64,000 nucleotides of DNA from contig OZ210885.1 in the NCBI GenBank assembly GCA_964658305.1, forward strand, positions 21,142,001 to 21,206,000. The letters are read 5' to 3'. This DNA comes from Leptogorgia sarmentosa. Lineage: Eukaryota. The position numbers and the translations under genes were made by a program. The notes under the pieces are model-generated. The model did no database searches. It was not told the DNA's origin and saw only the letters and a list, made by a program, of their open reading frames with translations. Shown here one piece after another: positions 37,280 to 50,300 of the stretch (its first letter is position 1; each line of letters begins with the position of its first letter).

Positions 37280-38693
37280 AGTGCCTCTAACACAATTTTT
37301 ATTTTTAGCAATTTTGGAAGTTTATATATTTTCAAGCATAACTGTCCAAGCAACAATGATTTTTATAAAATAGTTTCCTTTTTACAGCGATTTGAAAACC
37401 GTATATTAGCGTGTTAGCATGGATCACTTCCGCGAGCATGATAAGACTGGAACGAGCAAATTTCGTGACGTCATGCAAGGTACTCGTGCGTTTGCATTCC
37501 GTGCGTCTGCCTTTACTCTAACTCGTGTTTGTACAGGTTTTAAAAACAAAAAGATGGCTTTTAGTTGCAACGCTGCCAGTTGTACCAATAAAGCATGGCT
37601 GAAAGATGGCATAAGTATGCACACAATCCCTTATTTTAACGACGACCGGCCCTAACTAAAAAGAGACGAAAAATATGTGTAAGATGGCCGGTACGGTCGG
37701 GTTCGCACACGATACGAGTGAGTTTTACAAAGAAATTTAATAATCGACAATAGCAACAACACACGATACAATACAAGTATTTAAAAAACGGGCACGAGTA
37801 ATGCTAATATAACAAAAAGATAAAAAACTAAATATAGATAGAAGTTATAACTAATGTGACTACTATGACACAACAATATTAAGCAAATATCAAATTAACT
37901 AAGCGCAAAGGTCAATATGTTGCAAAATATACAATGAATTGAAATACAATGTTATGACTATTGCCATCAATGCAACACTACACAGAAGCTATAATATCTT
38001 AGCATAAAGCTGTGTGAAATATATATGGACGATACATGAATATATATTACGAGTATAGCATGACTATACATGATAATTACCGAATGTTATCCGAGGCTTG
38101 AGTAATCTGTTGTTATCTGAGGCGCTCCGGCCCTTGATAGTTAGCTTGAGCTGTGAGCTTGATAAGCAAGTAACTCTCTCGGTTCAGTGCGCTTAATTTA
38201 TAGCTAGCAGCAGTTAGGGTGTTAACCTACTACAAACTAAACCAAATAACGCTACAGGATGGGAAAACCACAACAGCTAAAATGCGCTGAATCAAGGTAA
38301 CTGGGTTGCATCCTCTATCATATATTGGGGAATGAAGTTGTAGTTTGTGTCGTCAGACGGACAGCTCACTTCTGAATCTGTCTCACTGCTGCTCAAGATC
38401 TTTTAAAACGATTCAAATTTATCCAAAACCAAAGAAATGCTAGTCAAACAGATTATATGTGATTCACATTGATTGGCGCAATATCAAAGCAAAACACCGA
38501 CTACCTTGTGTGACGTCAAAAAAGTGCACTATTCCCAGGCTTCCAAAACGACGGTACTGGTCCACAAAATTTCATATTCAACAAGCAATAAAATCTGCAA
38601 TATTTTATGAAATTAAAAAATTTTTTCACTAGAGCATTATATTGTATTATATCTTTCAATACAGTGAATAAAAAAAATTGTGTTTGTGGCACT
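37280..38693 (+). mobile_element. Non-autonomous Kolobok-like element with a THAP-domain remnant
   Basis: TTAA|AGTGCCTCTAACACAATTTTT ... AAAAATTGTGTTTGTGGCACT|TTGA. From 37554 it reads MAFSCNAASCTN...GISMHTIP, the start of a THAP domain. Confidence 0.75.
37678..38320 (-). mobile_element. Possible solo LTR
   Basis: TG...CA ends (TGTAAGATG / CTCTATCA). TATAAA and ATTAAA on the minus strand. Imperfect flanks TATG / TATA. It truncates the THAP remnant. Confidence 0.45.
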
Positions 38694-41600
38694 TTGAAAA
38701 CAAACTTTTTTAGCATGGGAAATGTGGTTACTGAAAGGCCCATTAAAAACGGCTTGCGCGGAAAAAATAAGTTTTCTTCACACAATTTGATTTAATCGGA
38801 TGAAAATATGGAGTATGATATACAAGCTATTCAAGTTTTGAGAAATTTGAGACGAACGTGCGATGTCCGAAAACTGGATTTTCCACAATTTCTTCGCGTA
38901 ATTACGGACCTTTGGGAATTAGCTTGCAATTTGCATTGGTAATTAATGCAAATATCCAATTATGCATAAATTAATCGGTAATCACGCAGGAAAGAACGCA
39001 AAATCCAGTTTTTGGACATCGTACGTTTTTGGACATCGTACGTTCTCAAAACTTGAATAGCTTGTATATCATACTTCATATTTTCATCCGATTAAATCAA
39101 ATTGTGTGAAGAAAACTTATTTTTTCCGCGCAAGCCGTTTTTAATGGGCCTTTCAGTAACCACATTTCCCATTCTAAAAAAGTTTGTTTTTAAAATAAAC
39201 TTAGTGCTAGATATACCAGAGGGTGCTAAACTACCCATGCTAACCGAAAGTTTTTGGAAATTCTGAGCGCTCGTTAGGTTAGAGAATGTTTTTCATCAGT
39301 AAACTTTTTTTTGATACACCCTGTAGTTATTGGCAGCCAGTCGCGCAAATAGAAGAAAAGCTACAATCCATGTCAAAAATGTTGAAACTCTAGGTTTACA
39401 GTCTGCATTCAATTACCTAAATAGTACATATAACTAAATAGGCCCTTTCTTTTTTACTACCATGGAATGTTTTGTAATAGTAAAATTTAAGTTTGAAATA
39501 AAATTCGTCACAATCAATAATTGATGTGATATTAAAGTGGTCATTTTTACTAGCTATATATAGGTGTTCCAAGATTTATCGACCAGGATTGTAGAATTCT
39601 CGTTCCAGATATAGAAAAATTATCACGTGTACACTAGATATGACGTCATACATAGCTATTCATTTTGTAAAATTCCACTCAATAGCTACTTTTGAAGAAT
39701 TTAGCATACCTGTATGGTTGTATACCCCTTCAGACTGGTTGTCTACGCATTCGACTGTACAACATGATTTGTGAACCACGCCATTTGTCTTCACATAGCA
39801 GGAATATTCACCCACATTGTCTTCTGAGAGTATGAACTCGTATGTTCGGTCTGTGGATACCGAGGTTCCATTAAACGCCCAGATAAATGTGCGCTCAGGT
39901 GCGTCAGGTGAGTAGCAGTGCAGCACTACTTTTCCACCTAGTCGTTGTTTGTATCTGGATGCTGTTAAGCAACCTTTTTCTGATTCATCGGTATCCCTCG
40001 GCATCCCAGAAGAGAGATTTTTTTTCCCCTGATGAAGCTCCATTGCAATTTCTTTCCGAATCTCAGGAATATTGTCTATAAGTGCATGATCGCAAGTTAA
40101 TAAACCTAACATACGACAAACATACATTAACACATACACGCCGCAACTAGCGCCATCTGATTGAAATGCAAACTTTCCTTCCCATATCACGTCAAAATCT
40201 GAAACAAATCTTTTCCCGAGGACTTCTACTTCGTAGGAATTGTATTTATAAAATTGTTCGAAATAAAATTTTATAAGTTTGACATCTGTTACGTTTTGAG
40301 TGCCTCCTCGCATTGGATCATAAAAATATATGCATCCCCTTTGTATATCAATAGAAATAACTGTCCAGTGTTGGCCATTCTTTGTATTTACGGGAATAAT
40401 GATATATTCCAATGCTTCAAACACAATTTTCTTGTGAAATGTTGAAAGCATCTTGTACAAATCGCGTTCGCATCGCTTTTGCAACAACACTTCTCGTAAC
40501 CGTTTTATAAATAAGCAATTAAATGCATGTACACGTATTCCTTTATCAGCGGCGGCAGTTTTTGCCAGCAAGTGTATGTAGGCATCGATAACATTGTCGT
40601 TCAACCATCCAGCATGTTCTAATGTATAGCTATGGTTAACGATAGGGTGTTCCAGTGTTTTGAAATCTCTCCCTTTCAGTTCATACCCGAAATCGCTGAT
40701 ACTGCAAATCAAAGAATTTTGTGTAGTCACATCCCACAAGTCTTCAACTTCAGAAATTTGTTTCTTTTCATCAATGTCCGGAAGTTCCTGACATTCTCTT
40801 TTCATGCAATCTTCATTCTGTTTCGCTCCAATTTTCCTGCTTTTGAAATCCCTTTGCTTGACGTAAAAGGCCATATAGACAGTTGTGTCTGCATGTACTT
40901 TCCAGTCTAATGTTCTGTTGTGAGCCCGTTCATCATCAACTTCGATAACTGTATCTTGATAAAAAAACAGCGCAGTATAATGTCCGTTATGGATATGATA
41001 GCCGTGGTGAAGGGCACATGCTTTAAGTAAATAATAAGAAGGTTCATTACCCGGTATGAAAATTTCTCTTTTCAAATCCACTATCGAATGCTTTTTGCGT
41101 TCAACACAGTTGATACACGAAAATCGTTTGAAAACAAGTGCCAATGTATTGGGAAGAAAAACAAATTTTCCATCTCTTGTATGCGGTTTTGCAACTTGGC
41201 AAGTGGGGCAAAATATAGAAATCTTCTTCCCTTTTAAAAAAGTCTCAATGCTACTCTCAATTTGTGTTGTCCCTTTTTTCACTGATAAAGGAAGTGACGT
41301 GAACGTTTCAGGTGGGCTGTCTTCGTAACTTAAACAATGTGAACAAGTCTTTCGGAACTGTACACCTACTTGAAAATAACCTGCGAGAGCTTCATTAATT
41401 GTTACTTGTGCAGCAAAAGGTGGTGAAGACTTCATGAATATCATTTTGTTCGCCGTTAACATAATTTAGTTCAAATTGGAAAACATCGTGAAGTTCTGCA
41501 GGATAGAATGAACCGGAGCCTAGACTCTCCATCTTGCTGAGAACGTTCGTTAGCGCTTTAGTCAAAGGCTCGTTTTGCCCTTTTGTTTTGCCCTTTCGTT

Positions 41601-44600
41601 GCATCGAGTAGGCAGTATAGGTAAATTATATATACACTGCACTAGAGTATTCAACCAACAATCGTTCTTTTTGTTCTGTAGTCCTACGAAGCTGTCGCTC
41701 TTTAGGATCCGATGTTTTCAAACCTCGCAAACTTTTTTTTCTTTGGTTCGTTTTATGAAGATTTCAATCTTTCACGCTTGCTACCTGCTGTTTTGACACA
41801 GTTGTCTTCTTCACCACCTTGTGCTTCTTCCTTGTCATTCGCCTGAATATACATCCATTCAGTTATGTTTTTCCTACATCGTGCATTATTCAGTCTTCGT
41901 TTTCTTCCTTTTCTTTTCTTCTGACCTGCTTCTTCTGCCAAAAATTTATTTGGCTTACTCTCCTCTTTGGCTTCTGTTATTTCGATAGAAGTCTTAGTTG
42001 TGTTTGTTTGCTCTGCATCGCGTTTCCCTTGTCGTTTATCATTCACAATTAGCTTACGCTTTCGACGAACTGTTCGAGACTTCTCCTTATCGTCATTAAT
42101 TTTCTTTTTCCCACGAGATTTGTCTTTTAAATCTGGCTGTTCACTCAGGGGAAATTTCGGAGACTGTTGAAACTGTCCTAATCTTGGATTCAATTTTGGA
42201 GTTTCTGGTTCTTTCTTTCCCCATTTCTCTTCCGCATTACGGTATTGCTCCTGCAATTGGCTAATGTCATCTTTGTTAGTAACCAGATTTGGGTTATCAT
42301 TCTCTTTTTTCTTCAGTCTATAGGATCTTTTCTGTTTTGGGAGCCTGCAAGCATCCAGTCTATCGGAATAATCGACAATTCTTCTTCTTATCCGATCATA
42401 GTTCTCTAGTACAAACGCATCAGGTCGAAGATGTTTCCGTGCATGAAAGTCTTCTTGCTTTAAATTTCTCATAACTCCTTCGATATATCCTTCTGTTTTG
42501 GAATTTGCTGACGAAAAGGATAAATAAGGATGTCCGGTCAAAAGCTTCTTAGGATTCGCCTCACTATTTCCACTATATCTTTGTAAAGACCCCAACATTA
42601 CTCCTGACCACAACGCCATTTCCGGTATATAAGACTTGATGAAATCCATGAATTTAGGACAATAGCATCTGTTTCTCTGATTTAAATCATCGTTATATTC
42701 CATCTGATCTTGCTCTACTGTTTGCTCTATAAACAATAATTTATTCTTGAATAAAGCGGTAAAAGGATTCGAATGCATCTTGGAACGTGGTAACTCGTCG
42801 TTTTCTTGTTCCACATCATTTGGTTTAGTTTCGAATTTTGAGAGATCTATGTCTTTATCTTCATCCATGTTCTGTATTCTCGTTTGAGTTCTACGGTATG
42901 CATCTAATAACATGTTTGTTTTGATTTTACTCAAAAGACATATGCTGATATCTTCAACAAGCTGCAGAAATTCATGCAGTGTTCTTGCATTTACTAATAG
43001 TGACATGGAATACATGTTAAAACGATACCAAACATCAGTTTTTACGTCAGCAAGGATTTTACTATTTTCATCATTGCGCTGTTCCCGTGAAATAGCCTTC
43101 ACCTTTCGATGCACTATGTGCATGAAGTGGCTGCACCCCACATGTGGTACTGTGAGTTTAAAATCATTTTCTTGTATGTTACTGTTTAGTATGCGAAATG
43201 CGCGTTTAAAAAAATCACACAAACTTTCGTTATTGAATTCCCGTAGTACAGCCAACAAGATAGCTCTTGAGTAATCAGTGTTCAGTTGTCGAGGCGATGT
43301 AACACGCCCACTGTAAGTCTTGGATTCGCTTTGCCTAAAGCTATCAAGGGATTGTTCGTATGTTGCACGCTCTATGGTCGGATGTGATCATTTCTGCTAC
43401 TGGCACCGCAGGATTCCCTTCACACGGATGTCGAACCACTAAAGAATAGTAGAGAACTCGTTTACCATTATGGTTGGCAATTATCGTTTCAGTTGCATCT
43501 AAGTATAAAATATCATCTGCGCATCTTTCATGCCACAAACAGACTTGATCTTCAATCCACATGTGAACAATTAAGGGAAATTGGCAGATCATATGGACAA
43601 ATCCTTCCATTGCTACTGGTGGAAAGTTTCGCGATGATTCTTTCTCTATAAGTTTTAATCTGACTTCGTCAAGCGATTTAAACATATCCTTGTCCATATA
43701 TGAGATTTGGCGACCTTCACTCGCTGTTTTCCTGATGGTTGTTGGGTAGACACCGCAACCAGTTCTGTTTCCCGAAGCCACTCTTGGTACATGTTACTCT
43801 CATTTCTCTTGGTATACCACTGAAGGTTTATCGCGGCCTTTATGAAATTTTCCGACCATCTTCTTCCTTTCACCTCCCTTTATGAATCGCGAGTGGCGCT
43901 CACCTGCAGCATGCTGTACTAACCCGTTATATACGACCTTTACAATTTTTTGTTCGAAATCTTTCTTTTCTAAACCTAAACTAAATGTGCAAGAGCAGTG
44001 TTTAAATATGCAAAACCCAGATGCAGTAAACACGTAAAGAAATCTTCTCTTTCTAGAATTTTCTTTCTGTACAAAATGCCTATTAAAATCAAACGTACAA
44101 AACGCGTTCGATTTGGATATTTGACAAGCTAATACATCTGACCAACAACTTTGCAATTTGTTCGGATGTGCAGCAACCGGCTTAATTATATTCCATTCTT
44201 GTTCAGTTAAGTGAAATGTAGCTTCCTTGGATAGATCCGTTGAAAAAAATCCAGTGTCTGGCAGTTTTGGACAGTCTAACATTCGACTTATTGTTTCGTG
44301 TGAGAGGCACAATTCCTCTTGCTCCTCATCTCCTGCAGCGGTTGCCATTGCGGTTGCTTCATCAATTTCATCATAATCGTCTGAATTAAGTTCATAACCG
44401 TCACCAAATTCAAGGTTCCCGTTATTATCTTCGTTGCCGTCACGAATATCCTCATGCGCTTCTATATCTTCGACACTTCTCACCTCACAATCAAAAGCGA
44501 TATCATCGGAAAATCCAGTTGGCGGGCTGGCGCTGCTGTTGTGATATGTCCCATGGCTCTCATCAACCTCCCCCGTGTTCTTGCAGGCGCGTTCTTTCAC

Positions 44601-45290
44601 AGTTTTGTTTTCACTTTCTGGTGTTTTTAAGCATGGACGTACGATTTCACTAATTTCACCACCATGATCGACCATTTCCGGGCTGACGTCGGTCGAGTCC
44701 TCGTGACCTTGAGTCTTCTGTCTTGAACATAGAGGACATATGTACGACTCACCATCATTGCAGTTGCTATACTTTTCCCCGTCTTCTTGGGTCTTAAGCG
44801 AGGTAAGGCCGACACATTTTGCATGGTAGTATTGATAACATTCATCCAGTTGATAATCGCACATTAAATACCAATCTGTATTCTCTTTTTGACACAGACA
44901 GTAAACCTTATTGTCGTTACTGTTCGGAGTGAAAACTTTTGGTATGCGTCTTGTTCTTTTTGACGTTCTCTGTGTACATGTAATATTCGGATTGTTTGCG
45001 CTTTTTACAATGTTAGGCGGATTATCTACATTCGAAGGTCTTACCTTTTCAATAACCTCATTTACCATATCCTTGTGGTTTTCGTTTGTCGCAATGTAAC
45101 TAGATTCCACCGTATCAACTAGTGGAGGAAATTCATCCAGATTCACAGAAAAACCTTGCTTACCTGCTGGCGACGATACAAACCTATCTATTTCCTGGCG
45201 TAGATCACTCAAAGTGAATAAATCTTTGCCAGGTGGAATAGTTGCCCCAGTTCCCTAAAAAAACATCCCACTACAAATCATTCTATATAT

Positions 45291-45434
45291 CGATAGCCTA
45301 CTAACCTTTCTGCCTAAGTCAATTTTGGTCTGTTGGGAGATTTTATATGGAAATGTCTCATAAACCAACTCCAATGAACTAAAATCTCCCAACAGGCCAT
45401 AATGGACTTAGGCAGAAAGGTTAGTAGGCTATCG
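45291..45434. mobile_element. 144-bp MITE with TIRs of about 55 bp, flanked by ATAT (possibly Sola1-type)
   Basis: ATAT|CGATAGCCTACTAACCTTTCTGCCTAAGTC...GACTTAGGCAGAAAGGTTAGTAGGCTATCG|ATAT. Confidence 0.75.
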
Positions 45435-45676
45435 ATATACAAAACCCTATCGTAAACATGATAAATCAACTATATCTGATTTTACTGTAAGGTACTATAT
45501 GAATAATTTTTGTATGTATAAATGTCAACTCACAGAAATTGACAGAATCATCGCTGCTTGATCTGGCTCGAATAATTCAGGTTCTGAAACCTATAAAGCA
45601 AATTCGAAATGAATATTCATGATGTGTAACGATGCATGCATTAGTAGTATTCAGACACCATGAATGGTACTATTTA

Positions 45677-47304
45677 CAAGTGCATCTCAAAAAATTAGAA
45701 TATTGTGGAAAAGTTGATTGTTTACTGTCATATAATTTCCAACATAAAAAATGGGAAATCTACAAAATCAATGGAAGATGAGATAAAGGAATTTAAATCC
45801 AATTTTATTTTAAGTACTCAATCACAGCGTGCAGGTCATTAAAAACAGAAAATTGGTATCTCAAAATATTAGAATAACCTTAAAGATCGTTAAGATAAAG
45901 GTTTAGAATGTAAGAATTTTTAAATTCTGAGTAACACACAACATTGAGCTCATTTCAGTATTCATTTAGTACTTGGTTGGGCCTCCTTTTGCGCGAATTA
46001 CAGCGTCAATACGTCGTGGCATTGAGGTAATCAATTTGTGACACTCCTGAGGTGTTATTGAAGCCCAGGCTGTTTTTATAGCTGCCTTCAATTCGCCTGC
46101 ATTGTTTGGGCGAGTGTTCCTCATCTTTCTCTTGAGAATGCCCCAAAGATTCTCAATGGGGTTCAGGTCAGGCGAGTTAGCTGGCCAGTCAAGAACAGGA
46201 ACGCTATTTTGACCAAACCAGCTAGTTGTACTCTTTGCACTATGTGCTGGTGCTAAATCATGTTGAAAAATAAATTCATCATCTCCAAAATGTTTTTCAG
46301 CTGACAGTAGCATGAAATGTTCTAAAATCTCCTGGTAGACGGCTGCATTGACTGTTCTTTTAATAAAACACATTTCACCTGTACCAGCAGATGACATTGC
46401 ACCCCAAACCATTACTGATTGCGGGAACTTTACGCTGGCTTTCAAGCAACTTGCATTATGTGCTTCTCCGCTTTTTCGCCATACTCTCGGACCTTGATTC
46501 CCAAATGATATGCAAAATTTACTTTCATCTGAAAAGAGGACATTGGACCACTTTGCAACAGTCCAGTTCTTTCTCTCCTTAGCCCAAGCGAGACGCCTCT
46601 TACGTTGTCTCGGATTCAAAAGCGGTTTGACAGAAGGAATGCAACATTTGTAGCCATTTTCTTGTAGACGCCTGTGTGTGGTGGCTCTTGACGCTTTAAC
46701 TCCAGCTTGAGTCCACTCCTTATGAAGCTCTCCCAAGTTTCTGAAACGGCCACGTTTGACGATCTTCTCCAGGCTACGGTCATCCCTTTTACTTGTGCAC
46801 TTCTTCCTGCCACATCGTTTCCTTCCTTGTAAATTTCCACGAAGATGCTTTGAAACAGCACTCTGTGAGCAGCCCGCTCTTTCAGCAATCCTTTTCTGAG
46901 TCTTTCCTTCTTTGTGCAATGTGTCAATAATGGTCTTCTAAATATCAGTTAGATCTGACTTTTTTCCCATGGTTGCCCTGCAGTTGTTGACATTCGTATA
47001 TAAAGACATTATTGGGCACCTAACGCTTGTGGTTGTACATTTGCATGAAATTGTTTTACTCATATAATCCCAAAAAGTTATGCGTACTGGTGGAAAGTAT
47101 ATATTATTCTAATATTTTGAGATACCAAATTTCTGTTTTTAATGACCTGCACGCTGTGATTGAGTACTTAAAATAAAATTGGATTTAAATTCCTTTATCT
47201 CATCTTCCATTGATTTTGTAGATTTCCCCTTTTTTATGTTGGAAATTATATGACAGTAAACAATCAACTTTTCCACAATATTCTAATTTTTTGAGATGCA
47301 CTTG
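45677..47304 (-). mobile_element. Full-length Tc1 element (IR/DR-type TIRs of about 200 bp, TA TSD)
   Basis: TA|CAAGTGCATCTCAAAAAATTAGAATA... at both ends, nearly identical. Inner direct repeat TCTCAAAATATTAGAATA. Confidence 0.95.
45966..46970 (-). pseudogene. Tc1 DD34E transposase with a single nonsense codon (codon 11, TAG)
   Basis: MGKKSDLTDI*KTIIDTLHKEG..., FSDESKF, QHDLAPAH, SPDLNPIENLW. There are 34 residues between the second D and E. Confidence 0.93.
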
Positions 47305-50300
47305 TACTTGGTAGTGTGCTTTTATAGTAGAAGTTTTAGCACATAAATATACTTGCCAACTCGTCTTGTAAAACTTCGTAGGGGTTCGAGGTTGGCAATG
47401 GAAACTGCACTTGTTCATCCTGGGTAAAGATGATAAACATATATCTCAGACGCGATATAAGTATAACTATATATATCACAAGAGGACTTAAATGCAAATG
47501 TCAGCGATGGAATCGCAGTATTATTGTTGAACTTTCTAATTCACTGTTATATGTCATTTTTACTTTCGCGGATGTTTGATTATTTGCTTAGGTATACATG
47601 CAGTTGAGAATGTTATAGGCATCTCCTTTTTTAGTTGCAACTACTTTTTTTTTCAATTTCGTTTTATTATTCATGGTGCAATGTTTAAGAGTGATTAAGA
47701 CAAATGATAAACTTTCGTGCTCAACAGCTACTGTCCTGCAATGCGGTTGTCTTGCCAGAGGGGGGGCGGCAATTTTTCCCTTTAAATATTATCAAATATA
47801 ATCAAACTAGTAAACCACCTGGGATCGGTTGTATCAAAAGCAGTTTAGCTTGAACGGTAGATAAGTAAAAAATATCAAGCAATCTATGACGAAGCTCAGT
47901 ATGTGCGTAAACTACGAGCAAAGTAATCTTCTCTGTCTAAGCATAGTACTATTCATAGAACTATACATTTTGTCCGTAAATTTTACTAGGTTAAATTATT
48001 GCAAAATGAATAAGAGTATACATGGCTTTAAAATTTTACTTATCCCCGGCGCCAGCTGTTTTATGACGATAATCCGTTCATTTAAGCAATAGGCTTGACA
48101 CAAGAAGTCAACTATTTTTGGCGCATTCTTATAGTACGCACTTTTTCGTGACCATATTGTCACCGAAGTTGTGCAAGTAAGTTTAAAACTTATTGCCACT
48201 TGTTTGTAGATATTTGCGCATTTGTTTGTAGAAGTTGTCTATGGAAATGACTTGACCGTACGAATATATGCAGTTGGGAACTGAGATGCAACTAGCTGTG
48301 CTAAAATGCGCGATTTCGCTGCTGAAGTAGGTTTTACGTCGTAGCAACAGTTTGAATAACGTTATTTTAGAGTATTGGGCAGAATTGAATTTAGAGTGAG
48401 AAAAAATAGAAAAGAAGACAGTATTTGAATTTGTTAGAGTGTACCGAACGCAATTAACGTATGGGAAACATATGTTTGTTACGACCTCGCCCCTATCAAC
48501 TACAGATTTCTAGCCAGAGGGCTTTATTGTGTAAAAGCTCGAGGTAAAAGTGAATTAAGTATGTTAAAGCTGAACAAATGTAAGCGATAGAATATACTAC
48601 CCATAATGGAATCGTTCTTACGGTGAAAACACTTTTACCTTTTCTTCATGACTGTTTTGAGTGCCTTTCACATTGGCTCACAAAGTCCTGCAAAGCCGTC
48701 TTGTCGACCAGTGTATAAAGTGATCCTCCACTCCGTTCCAATTCTTCTTCCACAGATCATACATGGCCCTCCGCTCATTGCTAGTGTTTTTCAAACCAGA
48801 CATCAAGACTAATTTTGCCCAAAAGCCATCTGGTCTTCTCCATCCTTCACCCGGATCCCCATCGCACTTAAGCATGTTTTCGATCAGTTTTTCCAAAGTA
48901 ATACTGTATGCATTACTGCGTTTGTTTTTTTGTGAATACCTATTAATCAGGAAAGAATTCAGTGACAAGAAGTTATGAACATGCGCTTTGCAAAAAAAAA
49001 CAATTAACAGGGAAAAACATATATATTTATAAGCATACATACCATTGTAAGCAGTTTTCGAACAAGCTGAAACTTTTCCAATATATAACCGTAGGAGTAA
49101 CTATGTAATTTGTGCACTTGCAGTATAGACACCTCACATGTCAGATAACGAAAAATTTTAGTTACTACATTCACTTAGCTCATTCGCGTGATGTCTTTCA
49201 ACTACGATTGGTCAGTTTGTATAAAATACAACTGTTTCCTGTTCCTAGAGCAACAGGTGTCCCACATGCTATAAACGAGAATCGTGCGATGATATAACTC
49301 TAACAGATTGAGTAATTTTGACAATCACTAAAAAGCAAAAGCAATTACGAATAACATACACGAAAACATAAGATGGTCGATTTATAACATTTAATAAAGT
49401 TGCATTTGCAGTTGCAACCTCGATAGACCACAGATGGGACACAAGTTAGCACTACAGTTTGTAAAATACACAGCAATTAAGGGATTAAGAAGTGCCACTT
49501 CAAATCTATCACTGTTTGTTTAATAGGCAGACTAATAATACCAGGCCTTCTCTGTTGCCATTATCACGCGGGGTGTAAGTTAGCTAGATGAAATGAATTG
49601 TTCGGCGATCACATACTAAAATTTTACTTAGCGTCGAATGAAATGAAACACACGTAACAGAGAATTGTCGATTTGTCGAAAAAAACATAACACTGATGTT
49701 AAGGAACTGACAGCCGACGATAATTAAGATTAACACCTACTTAAATTGTTATGATAGGAGTTACTTAAAACATCTTCAAAAACGGAAATGATGCTTATAG
49801 CGGTCATTTAGCTACACACGAGTTGCCGCCAAGTGTGTATTATAACGGCGAAATATACATACTGTAATTTATACGTATACAATGTAAAAATAATATACAG
49901 ATCTCTTTCAAACTGCATTATCACGACTTGCAATAGTTTCTATATAAATCATACTTTTATGGAACTGCATTGCCCACACCTTTTATTAAACCCAACCCAA
50001 ACTTAATTTGGATCGTCCGGTTTCAATTTTGTGACGTATCTGATACATATTGGCTGACCAAATTATATAAAACCTTCCGACGCGAGAGAACCCATGCACA
50101 ATTCACAAGAGTTAAGAAGAAAGAGCCACGCCAGGAAGATATTGAAACTATATGATGAATATGGAACAAACCGGAGACACATCTGAAATGGAAGAACAAT
50201 GTACGTACGTCTGACCATGGTCGATTAAAATTACCAAAATACAAATCGCCATATGCTGAAGCTGTTGTCATGACCAAACAGCGCGAATTCACAGCAAATT

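Larger units (their letters stand above)
37146..39323. mobile_element. Tc1/mariner-type foldback MITE with a nested Kolobok-like element
   Basis: TA-CAGGGTGTATCAAAAAAA...TTTTTTTGATACACCCTG-TA. After removing 37280-38697 the rest is an almost complete palindrome. Confidence 0.88.
39660..48940 (-). pseudogene. NOF/Mutator-type DDE transposase fused to PHD, USP (C19) deubiquitinase, Ulp1/SENP (C48) protease and an Ig-like domain; several stops and frameshifts
   Basis: A 5.6-kb terminal exon at 45254-39660, plus probable small upstream exons (about 48940-48639, 47420-47353, 45591-45535). PHD VYCLC..CD..YYHAKC..YICPLC. DDE LYLDAT, VPVAEMITSDH, TDYSRA, HVGCSHFMH and IEGVMRNLK. USP GLQNKKNDCWLNTLVQC, QNDIHE and HHG..GHY..DD. 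Ulp1 WLNDNVI, HW, YDPM and QSDGASCG. Ig-like LHC..FIW..GEYSC. Confidence 0.82.
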
